From Phycisphaerales bacterium (GTDB lineage: Bacteria > Planctomycetota > Phycisphaerae > UBA1845 > Fen-1342): a stretch of 64,000 nt of DNA. The translations under genes and the position numbers were made by a program. Shown piece after piece: positions 17,658 to 26,586 of the stretch. The DNA is taken from contig JADJWG010000004.1 of assembly GCA_016716475.1 (NCBI GenBank), positions 852,725 through 916,724 on the forward strand, in the 5' to 3' direction. Numbering within the stretch: the first letter of the stretch is position 1; each line of letters starts with the position of its first letter. The notes beneath the pieces are model-generated. The model did not search any database. It saw only the letters and a program-made list of their open reading frames with translations, and was not told the DNA's origin.

Positions 17658-18875
17658 GTGTCGCAGGCAACTTCAGCCGACCGCCCCTTTGATCTGGTCG
17701 TTGCAGGGCATCTCTGCCTCGACATCATTCCGTTGCTGCCGGACAGTGGCGCGCGCCGTGTCGAAGAGCTCTTTCGCCCGGGCGCGCTCCTCAGCGTTGG
17801 CCCCTGCACGCTCAGCACCGGCGGTGCCGTCTCCAACACCGGCCTCGCAGCCGTACGGTTGGGCTGTCGTGTCGCGTTCAACGCGAAGGTCGGCGATGAT
17901 GCCTACGCCGGTATCATCCGTGCCCTGCTCGGCGAGGCCGGCAGTGCCGTCGGTATCCGCAGCACACCCGACGCTTGCAGCTCCTACACGGTTGTGCTCG
18001 CGCCGCCGGGCATCGACCGCATGTTCCTGCACTGCCCCGGTGCAAACGACACTTTCGGCCAAATGGATGTTGACTACGACCTCGTCGCACAAGCGCGCCT
18101 GTTCCACTTTGGTTACCCACCACTGATGCAGCGACTCTACTCTGATGAGGGCCGCGAGCTGGTGGAAATCTTCCGGCAGGCAAAGGCCGTCGGTGCCACC
18201 ACCTCGCTCGATCTCGCCGTCCCTGACCCGCACAGTCCCGCCGGCCGCGCGCCCTGGGAGCGCATCCTCGCGGGCGTGCTACCCTATGTGGACCTCTTCC
18301 TCCCGAGTCTGGAAGAGGCCTGGTTTGCCCTGGAACGCGACACGTTTCTTGCGCGCAAGCAGGCGTACGGCAGCGAACTGCTCGACCAGGTCGCCGCCGC
18401 GGAGTGCGCCACCCTCGCCGGGCGCTTCCTCGAACTCGGCGCTGGCATCGTCGTACTCAAGACCGGCCACCACGGGCTCTACCTGCGCAGCAGCACGGCG
18501 GCCACGCTCTCACGCTTCGGCGCGGCGCGTCCGAATGCGGCCGCGGGCTGGGCCGAACGCGAGTGCTGGCAGACCGCGATCCGGCCCGAGCGGATCGCCA
18601 GTGCCACCGGCGCCGGGGACGCCTCGATTGCGGGCTTTCTCACGGCCTTGTTGCGCGGGCATCCGGTGTCAGAGTGCCTGCGTGTCGCCGCGTGCGTGGG
18701 TTGCCAGAATCTCGCAGCGTTAGATGCGGTGTCGGGTATTCGGTCATGGCAGGAAACGTGGGCCATGGCCCAACGGTCGGACCTGCCATGGCTCGATTCG
18801 TGGATCGAAGGCCAGAACTGGCGCCGCGCTGAAGCCGCTGGCCTGTGGCTCGGACCACGCGACCGTGGTGCGTAA
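17658..18875 (+). CDS. PfkB-family carbohydrate kinase (ribokinase-like) with C-terminal extension
   Basis: GTG start with GGGAGGA RBS. N-terminal DLVVAGHLCLDI. TGAGDASIAGFL corresponds to the PfkB GAGD motif. Confidence 0.8.
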   Translation: MSQATSADRPFDLVVAGHLCLDIIPLLPDSGARRVEELFRPGALLSVGPCTLSTGGAVSNTGLAAVRLGCRVAFNAKVGDDAYAGIIRALLGEAGSAVGIRSTPDACSSYTVVLAPPGIDRMFLHCPGANDTFGQMDVDYDLVAQARLFHFGYPPLMQRLYSDEGRELVEIFRQAKAVGATTSLDLAVPDPHSPAGRAPWERILAGVLPYVDLFLPSLEEAWFALERDTFLARKQAYGSELLDQVAAAECATLAGRFLELGAGIVVLKTGHHGLYLRSSTAATLSRFGAARPNAAAGWAERECWQTAIRPERIASATGAGDASIAGFLTALLRGHPVSECLRVAACVGCQNLAALDAVSGIRSWQETWAMAQRSDLPWLDSWIEGQNWRRAEAAGLWLGPRDRGA

Positions 18876-18980
18876 GCGATGAGCGACCCGCGTTCCTGGA
18901 CGAGTGCGTTCACGCGCTAGGCTAACCGAGTCGGCAACAGCCCTGGATCCTGAGCTTCAGAGACCAAAGGGACGTGCCGT

Positions 18981-19316
18981 ATGGGCTTTCGCAGGCACCC
19001 ACTGTATGAGCCAACGCTGGAAATCGGATCTGCGGTCGTGGTCGGGCTCGTGGGACTTGCTCTGTTCTTGTTCGGCGCCGTTTCGGCCGAGACATGGGAC
19101 GATACCATGCTGGTACTGGTCGGCACGGGTATCATGTTCCTCGGCCTTTCGTGGGGTCGCGATGCCTGGCGGAGGGCCCGTCGGCAGTACCGCTTTCAGA
19201 GACGCTTGTGCCTGCGCTGCGGCTACCCCATGAGGGGACTTCACAGCCCACGCTGCCCCGAGTGCGGCGCCTTGCTTCCACTTGGCATTCGGGACCACAT
19301 TTCATCCGGTCCGTAG
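18981..19316 (+). CDS. Small membrane protein with 2 TM helices and C-terminal CxxC...CxxC zinc ribbon
   Basis: LCLRCGYP...SPRCPECGALL. RBS AAAGGGA. Confidence 0.5.
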   Translation: MGFRRHPLYEPTLEIGSAVVVGLVGLALFLFGAVSAETWDDTMLVLVGTGIMFLGLSWGRDAWRRARRQYRFQRRLCLRCGYPMRGLHSPRCPECGALLPLGIRDHISSGP

Positions 19317-19381
19317 TAGACTCGGCGCATGTGATCTGTAACGCTCATCCGTCCGCCAATTTCGTGACTGGAGACACACCG

Positions 19382-20476
19382 ATGCAATGCTGGAAGCTGC
19401 GCAATGACGCCGTAGAACTCGCTGTGACCGCCGAGGGCGGGCATTTCGACGATGTGATATTTCATACGCCCATGCGCGCTGTCCGGCCGCTGCACACGGC
19501 CCCGTGGACGGACGAGGCCGATCTGACCCCCGATACGCCGACGGTGCTCCGGCTGTTGCGCGGGGATTTCTTCTGCGCACCGTTCGGTGATTCTGATGAC
19601 CTCGAACCCGGCTCCACCTGGATCCACGGGGCCTCCGCGAATGCCGCGTGGCAGGCGCTGGCGCACAGCGAAACACAGCTTACGGCCGTGCTCACGCGCC
19701 CGATCGCCGGCGCGGAGCTCACCAAACGGATCCACCTGTTGCCGGGTCACACGGTGATCTACCAGGAGCACACCTTTGTCGGCGGACGCGGACCGCTGCC
19801 GATCGGCCACCATGCCATGCTGAGGGCGCCGGAGCCGCTACGCGTCTCGCTGTCGCCGCGCATCTGGGGCGGCACTGCGCCGAAACCGCTCGAAGCTGAT
19901 CCCGGCCGCGGTGTGTCGCTGCTGAAGTACCCGCAGGAGATTTCCGATCTCGCCACGGTGCGGCTCGCCGACGGCGCCATTGCCGACTTGCGAGAATATC
20001 CTGCGCTCCCCGCCCATGAAGATCTCGTACTTTTTGCGGCCGATCCGGCCGCCGCGCTCAAGTGGTCGGCCGCGGTGGCGCCGGAAGAGGGCTGGGTCTG
20101 GTTCGACCTCTCCGATCCGCGCACGCTCGCCAGCACCGTCCTGTGGATGAGCCAAGGCGGGCGGCGCTATGCCCCATGGAACGGGCGGCACCGCAACGTG
20201 CTCGGCATCGAGCAGGTGACGGCCAACTTCAACCTCGGCTACCGCGCCTCGTGCGACCTCAACCCGCTGGCGCAACGCGGGATTGCGACGCACGTGACGC
20301 TCTCGCCGGACGAGCCGCTCGTGGTGCGCTATCTGTTCGGCGTTGCTCCTGTGCCTTTCGGCTTCGGTCGCGTGCGCGACATCTCAGCCGTTCCCGGTGG
20401 CGTACGAATCGAGGACACCGGCGGCAACGCGGTCCGCATCGCCTGCGACACCCGCTTCATCACCGGCGCGGCCTGA
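19382..20476 (+). CDS. Hypothetical protein (about 364 aa)
   Basis: Start MQCWKLRNDAVELAVTAEGGHFDDVIFH with GGAGACA RBS. Codon usage consistent with flanking genes. Family not recognised. Confidence 0.5.
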   Translation: MQCWKLRNDAVELAVTAEGGHFDDVIFHTPMRAVRPLHTAPWTDEADLTPDTPTVLRLLRGDFFCAPFGDSDDLEPGSTWIHGASANAAWQALAHSETQLTAVLTRPIAGAELTKRIHLLPGHTVIYQEHTFVGGRGPLPIGHHAMLRAPEPLRVSLSPRIWGGTAPKPLEADPGRGVSLLKYPQEISDLATVRLADGAIADLREYPALPAHEDLVLFAADPAAALKWSAAVAPEEGWVWFDLSDPRTLASTVLWMSQGGRRYAPWNGRHRNVLGIEQVTANFNLGYRASCDLNPLAQRGIATHVTLSPDEPLVVRYLFGVAPVPFGFGRVRDISAVPGGVRIEDTGGNAVRIACDTRFITGAA

Positions 20477-20563
20477 CCACGGCGACCGTGCAGACGGCAG
20501 CCGGGTTGGTGAACGTCGTGGCCCACGTCTCCTGCGTTCGTGCAATCTCCGGCCGCACCCCGC

Positions 20564-21412
20564 CTAGGCCCGGTACAGCGCCGGCCACAACTCGCCCGCG
20601 AATGCAGCGCCGTGCTGCTGCCCCTGTTTGCGCATCAGGATCGCGTTCATATGGTTATCGTCCGGCGATCCGGCCACGTATGTCGCGTGTTCCGGCAGCA
20701 GGTGCAGCACCAGCGACCTTCGCGGTCGCGGGGTCAGGTTGGGCCCGCTGGCATGCACGGTCAGGCAGTGGTGGAATGACACCGCACCGGCCGGCAGCTC
20801 GCACGGCACCGGCTTGAACGCGTGCCCCGTTCGAGCGGCGAGTCGTGCGCGGACCGCTTCGATATCGGTGTTGAAGAAGTCGCTTTCCGGCAGCAGCCCC
20901 CAGCGGTGGCTGCCCGGCACGACCAGCATGCACCCGTTCTGCGTGGTCACATCATCGAACGCCACCCACGCGGTGATCAGGTCCGGCTGCGTGCAGCGCC
21001 AGTAACCATGATCCTGATGCCAGCCGACATTGCCGGCCTGGCTTGCGGCCGCCGCGGGGCCCTGACCCGGCTTGTAGAGCAACTGGTCGTGCCACAGGCG
21101 AACCTCGGGCGTGCCCATGAGTCGCGCTGCCATCGCTCCAATGGTCGCGTTGAGAGCGAGGTCTCGCAGGGTGAGGTTCGCCCAGTGCGCATTATCGGTC
21201 TTGCGGATGCTGGTCGGGTCGCCGGTGTCCTGCCAGCCGCCGGCCCACGGCGGTCTGCCGGTTTCGAAGCGGCCGGCATAGACATCGTCCATCGCGGCGC
21301 GTAGCCGCTCGAGCGCGCCGTCGTTGAGCACGCGCGGGGCGAGCCAGAAGCCATTTTCGTGGAAGAAGCGCACATCCGCGGCGCCGGGCAACAAGTGCTC
21401 TTGAACCATCAC
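20564..21412 (-). CDS. Phytanoyl-CoA dioxygenase (PhyH) family Fe(II)/2-oxoglutarate oxygenase
   Basis: WHQDHGYW...D and a later H form the 2-His-1-carboxylate facial triad. Characteristic PhyH N-terminal region. Confidence 0.8.
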   Translation of the reverse strand: MMVQEHLLPGAADVRFFHENGFWLAPRVLNDGALERLRAAMDDVYAGRFETGRPPWAGGWQDTGDPTSIRKTDNAHWANLTLRDLALNATIGAMAARLMGTPEVRLWHDQLLYKPGQGPAAAASQAGNVGWHQDHGYWRCTQPDLITAWVAFDDVTTQNGCMLVVPGSHRWGLLPESDFFNTDIEAVRARLAARTGHAFKPVPCELPAGAVSFHHCLTVHASGPNLTPRPRRSLVLHLLPEHATYVAGSPDDNHMNAILMRKQGQQHGAAFAGELWPALYRA

Positions 21413-21666
21413 GGCGAGACCTCACGCAGGGGAATACCGAACAGCCGTCGCGCATTATGCCGCGGCCTCGGCGGGGGTGCCATGTGGGCGCCATACTGAA
21501 CGCAAGTGTGATCCGTAGGGCGGTACCACGCCGGCGGCCGGCGCTCGATTGCAGTACGGGCATACCCACCGCCGAAAGTGTAAGATAAGGCGATAGGCCT
21601 GCTTGAGCCCCTGCGCGTCGTGCCCGCGGCGGGTAGGTGCTCTGCCCGACCGGGAGAGACCCACCG

Positions 21667-23865
21667 ATGCCGGATGCCCAACTGTGCCGTACCTCGCGAA
21701 GTGGTGCTCTGCGTAACTTCCGGCTCTGCGTGGTTCTCCCGCTGCTCGCTGCCTGTGCCAGCGCCGACCTCCCCTTTGCCGGCGTGAATGCCGGGGCGCC
21801 GATCTGGAACGGCTCCATCCTGCTCGACGATGCGCTCGCTGCCGATATCGCCGGGGCCGGTTGTCGTGCCGTGCGCGTCAACTTCCGCATCGATGGTCAC
21901 GCGACGTGGACCCCGCAGCACCTCGCCAAGTACGACGCGATCATCGCCGCCGCCCGGGCGCGCAACCTCCAGGTGCTCGGCATCATTGCGTATGAATCGC
22001 TGCCCGGCACGCAGGCCCAATGGAACGAGAACTACAACACGACGGGCCTGAACCCCTATGTCTACGCCTTCGCTGAGACCGCCTGGCTCCTCATCAACCG
22101 CTACAAGGACGACGTCAAGCTCTTCGAAATCTGGAACGAGCCCAACTGCTGGTCGGTTCCGCCGGGCTCGAACCCGCTCAACGCGGGTTGCTATTACATC
22201 TGGCCGCGGATCTATGCGAACATCCTCGCCGAAACCTACAAGCGCTGCCTCGCGGGTGGCGGCGCGGACTTCTTCGAGCAGCAGGGGATCGCGCTGGTCA
22301 CGGGCGGGCTCTTCGCCCACGACATCGGCGGCGGTGTGAATTCGGCCATGCCGGACTACATGAACGCCGTCTATGGGCAGTCGGACATCTGGAATGCGTT
22401 CGAGTTGCACTCCGGGCGGCGCTACCCGTGGGATTACTTCGGTTACCACTTCTACATTCAACAAGGCGAAGCGCTGCTGACGTCCCGCCTCGCGGCGTAC
22501 TTCCAGAACGTGCGCTTCTGGAAGAGCTGGTACGGCGACACGACGCCCATCATGGTTACCGAGTTCGGCTGGAACACGCAGGCCGTCAGTGCGGCTTTGC
22601 AGGCCGAGAACCTGACGACCACCTACGACTGGCTGCGGGCGCAGCCGGACGTGGTGGCGGCCTATTGGTACCAGTGGAACGACGGTGATGGCGGGTGGGG
22701 TCTCACGTACAGTCTCGGGAACCCGAAACTGGCGTACTATGCCTTCGCGGCCCAGTGTGGCCAGGTGAACGCTCCCGTGGCGGATTTCACCGCCACGCCC
22801 CTGGTCGGGGCAGCGCCGCTGCCGGTCGTGTTTCGGCATGAAGCTGTGGGGCTGATCGATAGCCACCTGTGGGACTTCGGCGATGGAGCCACAAGCACCG
22901 ACGCTCATCCCACGTACACCTACAACGTACCGGGCAACTACGACGTCACCTTGACCGTCACCGGCCCCGGCGGCGCAGATACGCTCACCCGCCCGGCCTA
23001 TGTGCGAGTAGGCAGCATTGCCGACCTGGATGGCAACGGTGCGGCCGATCTGCACGATGTGGCGAGCTTCGCACTGTGCTACAACGGCGCGGAGCCCACG
23101 ATTCCCGACGGCTGCGCCTGTGAGGATGCCCCACCGCCGGCCCCGGTCGCTACGCATACGCTCGCTCCGACTCTCGCGGCACTGCCGCAGGCGATCTCTG
23201 CGAGCGATCTTCTGCATGGGCGGCTCGGCACGCGCGAGGCCGGAGGTTTTCACGCGGCTACGCCGGGCGGCGAGCAGGGCGGTTTGACAAGTTTGACGGA
23301 CGGCATCGCCGGCAGCGGCGCGCAGGCGGTGCTCGCCGACTACTCCCGGCCGGCGCTGCAGGTACGCTACGACTTTGAGCCCGCCGTGGACCTGGGGGCA
23401 CTCCGCGTATTCAGCGCCAACGCCGATGGCCGCGTTTTCCAGTACTACGACGTCTGGGTCGCAACGGCGGGCACGCCGGGCTGGCTACCGCTCGTGATGG
23501 GTGTCGCGACCGGCGGCTTTGGGCAGGTGAACAGCGGTCAGTTCAGCGCCGGGCTCACCGAGGTCGTGCCTGACGGTCTCGGGCCGCTCGCGACCCGGGT
23601 TGCAGCCCTGCGACTGGTCTTCTACGGTGTTTCGACCGTCGATCCCCCGGGGGTCTTCTGGGATCCGTGGGACGCCAGTGAACCCGAGGATGTCGACGGC
23701 CAGCCCCGCGCCTATGTCGCGCCCATTCTCAAGGAGGTCGATGTCTTTGCGTATGACGGTCCGCCGCTGCTGCGGAATGCGGCCGATCTGAATCGCGACG
23801 GTAGCACTGATCACGCGGATGTCGCGCTGCTGTTCGCGCACCTCACAGGCCCCCACGGCGAGTAA
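21667..23865 (+). CDS. Multidomain secreted glycoside hydrolase: GH-A catalytic domain, PKD domain, dockerin-like, shared DGRVFQYYDVW module, dockerin-like
   Basis: Signal LCVVLPLLAACASA. LFEIWNEPNCW. PKD domain (DFTATP...WDFGDG...YTYNVPGNYDVTLTVTG). ADLDGNGAADLHDVASF and NAADLNRDGSTDHADVALLF dockerin-like loops flank ...VRYDF..LRVFSANADGRVFQYYDVW...DPWDASEPEDVDG...APILKEVDVF. Confidence 0.75.
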   Translation: MPDAQLCRTSRSGALRNFRLCVVLPLLAACASADLPFAGVNAGAPIWNGSILLDDALAADIAGAGCRAVRVNFRIDGHATWTPQHLAKYDAIIAAARARNLQVLGIIAYESLPGTQAQWNENYNTTGLNPYVYAFAETAWLLINRYKDDVKLFEIWNEPNCWSVPPGSNPLNAGCYYIWPRIYANILAETYKRCLAGGGADFFEQQGIALVTGGLFAHDIGGGVNSAMPDYMNAVYGQSDIWNAFELHSGRRYPWDYFGYHFYIQQGEALLTSRLAAYFQNVRFWKSWYGDTTPIMVTEFGWNTQAVSAALQAENLTTTYDWLRAQPDVVAAYWYQWNDGDGGWGLTYSLGNPKLAYYAFAAQCGQVNAPVADFTATPLVGAAPLPVVFRHEAVGLIDSHLWDFGDGATSTDAHPTYTYNVPGNYDVTLTVTGPGGADTLTRPAYVRVGSIADLDGNGAADLHDVASFALCYNGAEPTIPDGCACEDAPPPAPVATHTLAPTLAALPQAISASDLLHGRLGTREAGGFHAATPGGEQGGLTSLTDGIAGSGAQAVLADYSRPALQVRYDFEPAVDLGALRVFSANADGRVFQYYDVWVATAGTPGWLPLVMGVATGGFGQVNSGQFSAGLTEVVPDGLGPLATRVAALRLVFYGVSTVDPPGVFWDPWDASEPEDVDGQPRAYVAPILKEVDVFAYDGPPLLRNAADLNRDGSTDHADVALLFAHLTGPHGE

Positions 23866-23956
23866 GCCCGAACCGAACGGGCGTGGCGTTGTGTTCGCTC
23901 TCGCCGGGTCCACCGTTTATCCTGCGGTTGGAAACGCATCTCGGCTGGAGCCCACC

Positions 23957-25825
23957 ATGTCGCCTGCACCTCTCGTTGTTCCTCCCGGCGTGGCGCGCGT
24001 CGTACTGCTGGTTCTGCTTGGTGGCTGTGCCGGTCGCGCAACGGCACAGGCCGGTCCCGAGTCGCAACCCGCGGCCACCGAGATTCGCCTGCGCTTCAAC
24101 GAGCGCATTCCCATGCGCGATGGCATTACGCTGTCGGCCACACTCTACGGTCCCGCTGACCCGGCTGCACCGCCGCGGCCGGTGATTTGCACGCTCACGC
24201 CCTACATCGCCGACAACTATCACCCCTGGGCCTTGCACTTTGCGAAGAACGGTTATGCCTTCGCCGCCGTCGACCTGCGTGGCCGCGGCAACTCCGGCGG
24301 TACGTTTGAACCGTTCGTCCACGATCCGGCCGATGGCCACGACGTGGTCGAGTGGCTCGCAGAACAGCCCTGGTGCGATGGCCGCGTCGCACTCTGGGGC
24401 TCGTCCTACATGGGCTTCAACCAGTGGGCCACGCTGCGGGCGGCGCCACGCCACCTTGCCACGATCCTGCCCGTGGCCGCAGCTTATCCCGGCATCGATT
24501 TTCCCATCTTCAAGAACATCTCGTCACCTTACAACATCCGCTGGCTCACGATGACGAGTGGCGTGACGATGAACAACGACATCAGCGGCGATGCGGAGCA
24601 CTACTGGATCTCCCGCCTCACCGCCTTCTACCGCGCACACCGCCCGTTCCGCGAACTGGACAGCTTCATCGGCAACCCGTCCGTGAATTTCCAGCGCTGG
24701 GTCGCGCATCCGACTACGGGGCCCTACTGGGACGCCACCGTCCCCGCTGCCGATCACTTCGCTGCGATCGATCTGCCGATCCTCACCATCACCGGTCACT
24801 ACGACGCCGATCAATGGGGGGCGCTCGAGTTCTACCGCCGCCACATGGCGCACGGCCCGCCCGCGGCGACCGCCCGCCACTACCTCATCATCGGGCCTTG
24901 GGACCATGGTGGCTGTGTCAACCCGCGGGCGGAGTTCAAGGGGCTCGCCTTTGGGGCGGCCGCGGTGATCGACATGCGCGCCCTGCAATTGGCGTGGTAC
25001 GACTGGACGCTGCGTGACGGTCCGCGCCCGGAGCTGCTGAGTCACCGCGTCGCCTACTATGTCCCGGGTTCCGGTGCGGAGTGCTGGCGCCACGCGGACT
25101 CGCTGGCCCACGTCACCGCGGGGATGCAGCCGTGGTTTCTGCAGGCCGCGCCCGCGCCGCGACACGAGCTCTTCCGGTCCGGCACACTGAGTCCCGCGCC
25201 ACCCCCGGGCGACGCTGCGCCATCCGAGTACACCTATGACCCTCTCGACATTACGCCCGCTGAGTTTGAGCAGACGCCACGACCCAACACGATCACGGAT
25301 CAGTCGGTGGTCTACACACTCGGCGGTCGCGGCGTCATCTTTCACACGCCACCCCTTGACGCGCCGCTGGAATTGGCCGGCGTCCCGCGGCTGACCGTCT
25401 GGATCGAACTCGATGTCCCCGACACGGACTTCGTCGCTACTCTCTCCGAGTTACTGCCCGATGGCACGAGCGTCATGCTCAGTAGCGACTCGCTGCGGGC
25501 CCGCTATCGGGACTCGCCCACGGCCGAGGAACTCGTCCAACCCGGGCGCGTCGAACGCTACACCTTCGACCAGTTCAATTTCTTCGCCCGGCGGGTGCAG
25601 CGTGGCAGCCGCTTGCGACTGGTCCTGCACGCGCCGAACTCGATCTTCGCCCAAAAGAACTACAACTCCGGCGGGGTGGTGGCCGACGAGACCGCCGCCG
25701 ATGCCCGGACAGCCCGCGTGCGGGTTTACCACGACTCCCGGTACCCGAGTGTGCTCGAATTGCCATTGGGGCACGCCGCGGACTCCATCGCCGCCCGCGC
25801 GAACAGCGAACAACCTTTGCCGTAA
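23957..25825 (+). CDS. CocE/NonD family hydrolase (S15 X-Pro dipeptidyl-peptidase-like alpha/beta hydrolase)
   Basis: Signal MSPAPLVVPPGVARVVLLVLLGGCAG. GSSYMG nucleophile elbow. Overall architecture resembles the CocE/NonD family, including the C-terminal beta-sandwich region. Confidence 0.8.
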   Translation: MSPAPLVVPPGVARVVLLVLLGGCAGRATAQAGPESQPAATEIRLRFNERIPMRDGITLSATLYGPADPAAPPRPVICTLTPYIADNYHPWALHFAKNGYAFAAVDLRGRGNSGGTFEPFVHDPADGHDVVEWLAEQPWCDGRVALWGSSYMGFNQWATLRAAPRHLATILPVAAAYPGIDFPIFKNISSPYNIRWLTMTSGVTMNNDISGDAEHYWISRLTAFYRAHRPFRELDSFIGNPSVNFQRWVAHPTTGPYWDATVPAADHFAAIDLPILTITGHYDADQWGALEFYRRHMAHGPPAATARHYLIIGPWDHGGCVNPRAEFKGLAFGAAAVIDMRALQLAWYDWTLRDGPRPELLSHRVAYYVPGSGAECWRHADSLAHVTAGMQPWFLQAAPAPRHELFRSGTLSPAPPPGDAAPSEYTYDPLDITPAEFEQTPRPNTITDQSVVYTLGGRGVIFHTPPLDAPLELAGVPRLTVWIELDVPDTDFVATLSELLPDGTSVMLSSDSLRARYRDSPTAEELVQPGRVERYTFDQFNFFARRVQRGSRLRLVLHAPNSIFAQKNYNSGGVVADETAADARTARVRVYHDSRYPSVLELPLGHAADSIAARANSEQPLP

Positions 25826-25899
25826 CGTGCTCTGCCGTTGTATCGGCCCGCCCGAACTCGGATGATTCATGGAAGGCAGTGTTCGAGCGGGGTGCCGCG

Positions 25900-26560
25900 T
25901 AGACCGCTGGAGGTCCGCATGCAGCACCCCGCACAGTCCGATCTGCTGGCCGGCCGCCCGGCTGCTTTCGAGTCTGGCGATGTGGACCCCGCCCACGGTG
26001 TGGCGGCATTCGAATTCGACGCCGACACGTGCCTCACACTGCGGCCGGTCCGCCCCGTGCTCGGCTTCTAGCACGGCTATGCCGCCTCGGGGCCCGCGAA
26101 GCACCTGCCGGCTCTCACCAATGGAAGTGCTGCTGATGGTGGTGTACTGCGTGACTTCGCGCGCGCCGCGGCTGCACGTCGCTATGACTTCAACCGGCCT
26201 ACCGACCTGCGCGAGCTTGCGGTCTTCGTCACCAATCCGGCGCGCGACGGACGCGTCTTTCAATACTACGACGTGTCTGTCCGTATGGCGGCCGCGATGG
26301 ACTTGACCCCACTGATTCTTGGTGTTCGTGTCGGCCGCCAAGGGCAAAGAATCCCGGCCTGTACAGTGCCTGTCGGACACGCGTGTATGCGCCCGAGGTC
26401 GGTGTGCGGGCCGAGAACGTAACCGAGATTTGGTTCGTGTTCGATGCGACGCACGTCGGCGATGCGTTCTGCGCCTTTGATCGCACACCGCGCGACGGTG
26501 CTGTGGATCTGCACGATTTTGCAGCAGCACAGCGGGCGGCCGGCCCGGATATGCCGTCGA
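25900..26560 (+). pseudogene. Decayed paralog fragment of the dockerin / DGRVFQYYDV module
   Basis: Reads ..SDLLAGRPAA...PVLGF-stop-...TNGSAADGGVLRDFARAAAARRYDFNRPTDLRELAVFVTNPARDGRVFQYYDVSVRMAAAMDLTPLILGVRVG.. with an in-frame TAG near 26070. Frame changes follow, then a dockerin-like remnant RTPRDGAVDLHDFAAAQRAAG near 26500. No start codon or signal peptide. Confidence 0.5.
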
Positions 26561-26586
26561 GCCGACGGCGCTGGGCGCCTTCGGCA

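Noticed and set aside
17164-17670. 168-aa minus ORF in the toxin-kinase spacer
   Set aside because: The N-terminal 73 residues overlap the kinase start region and are Arg/Pro junk. Only the distal 95 aa (17164..17451) could be a membrane microprotein, retained at low confidence.
21409-23253. 614-aa minus-strand ORF (and similar giants at 11524..13197, 40397..42070, 14635..15588, 29105..30256, 31844..32611)
   Set aside because: Each is antisense to a well-supported gene with clear domain content, and its translation is low-complexity R/A/G/P-rich. Stop-codon-poor antisense frames are expected at about 67% GC.
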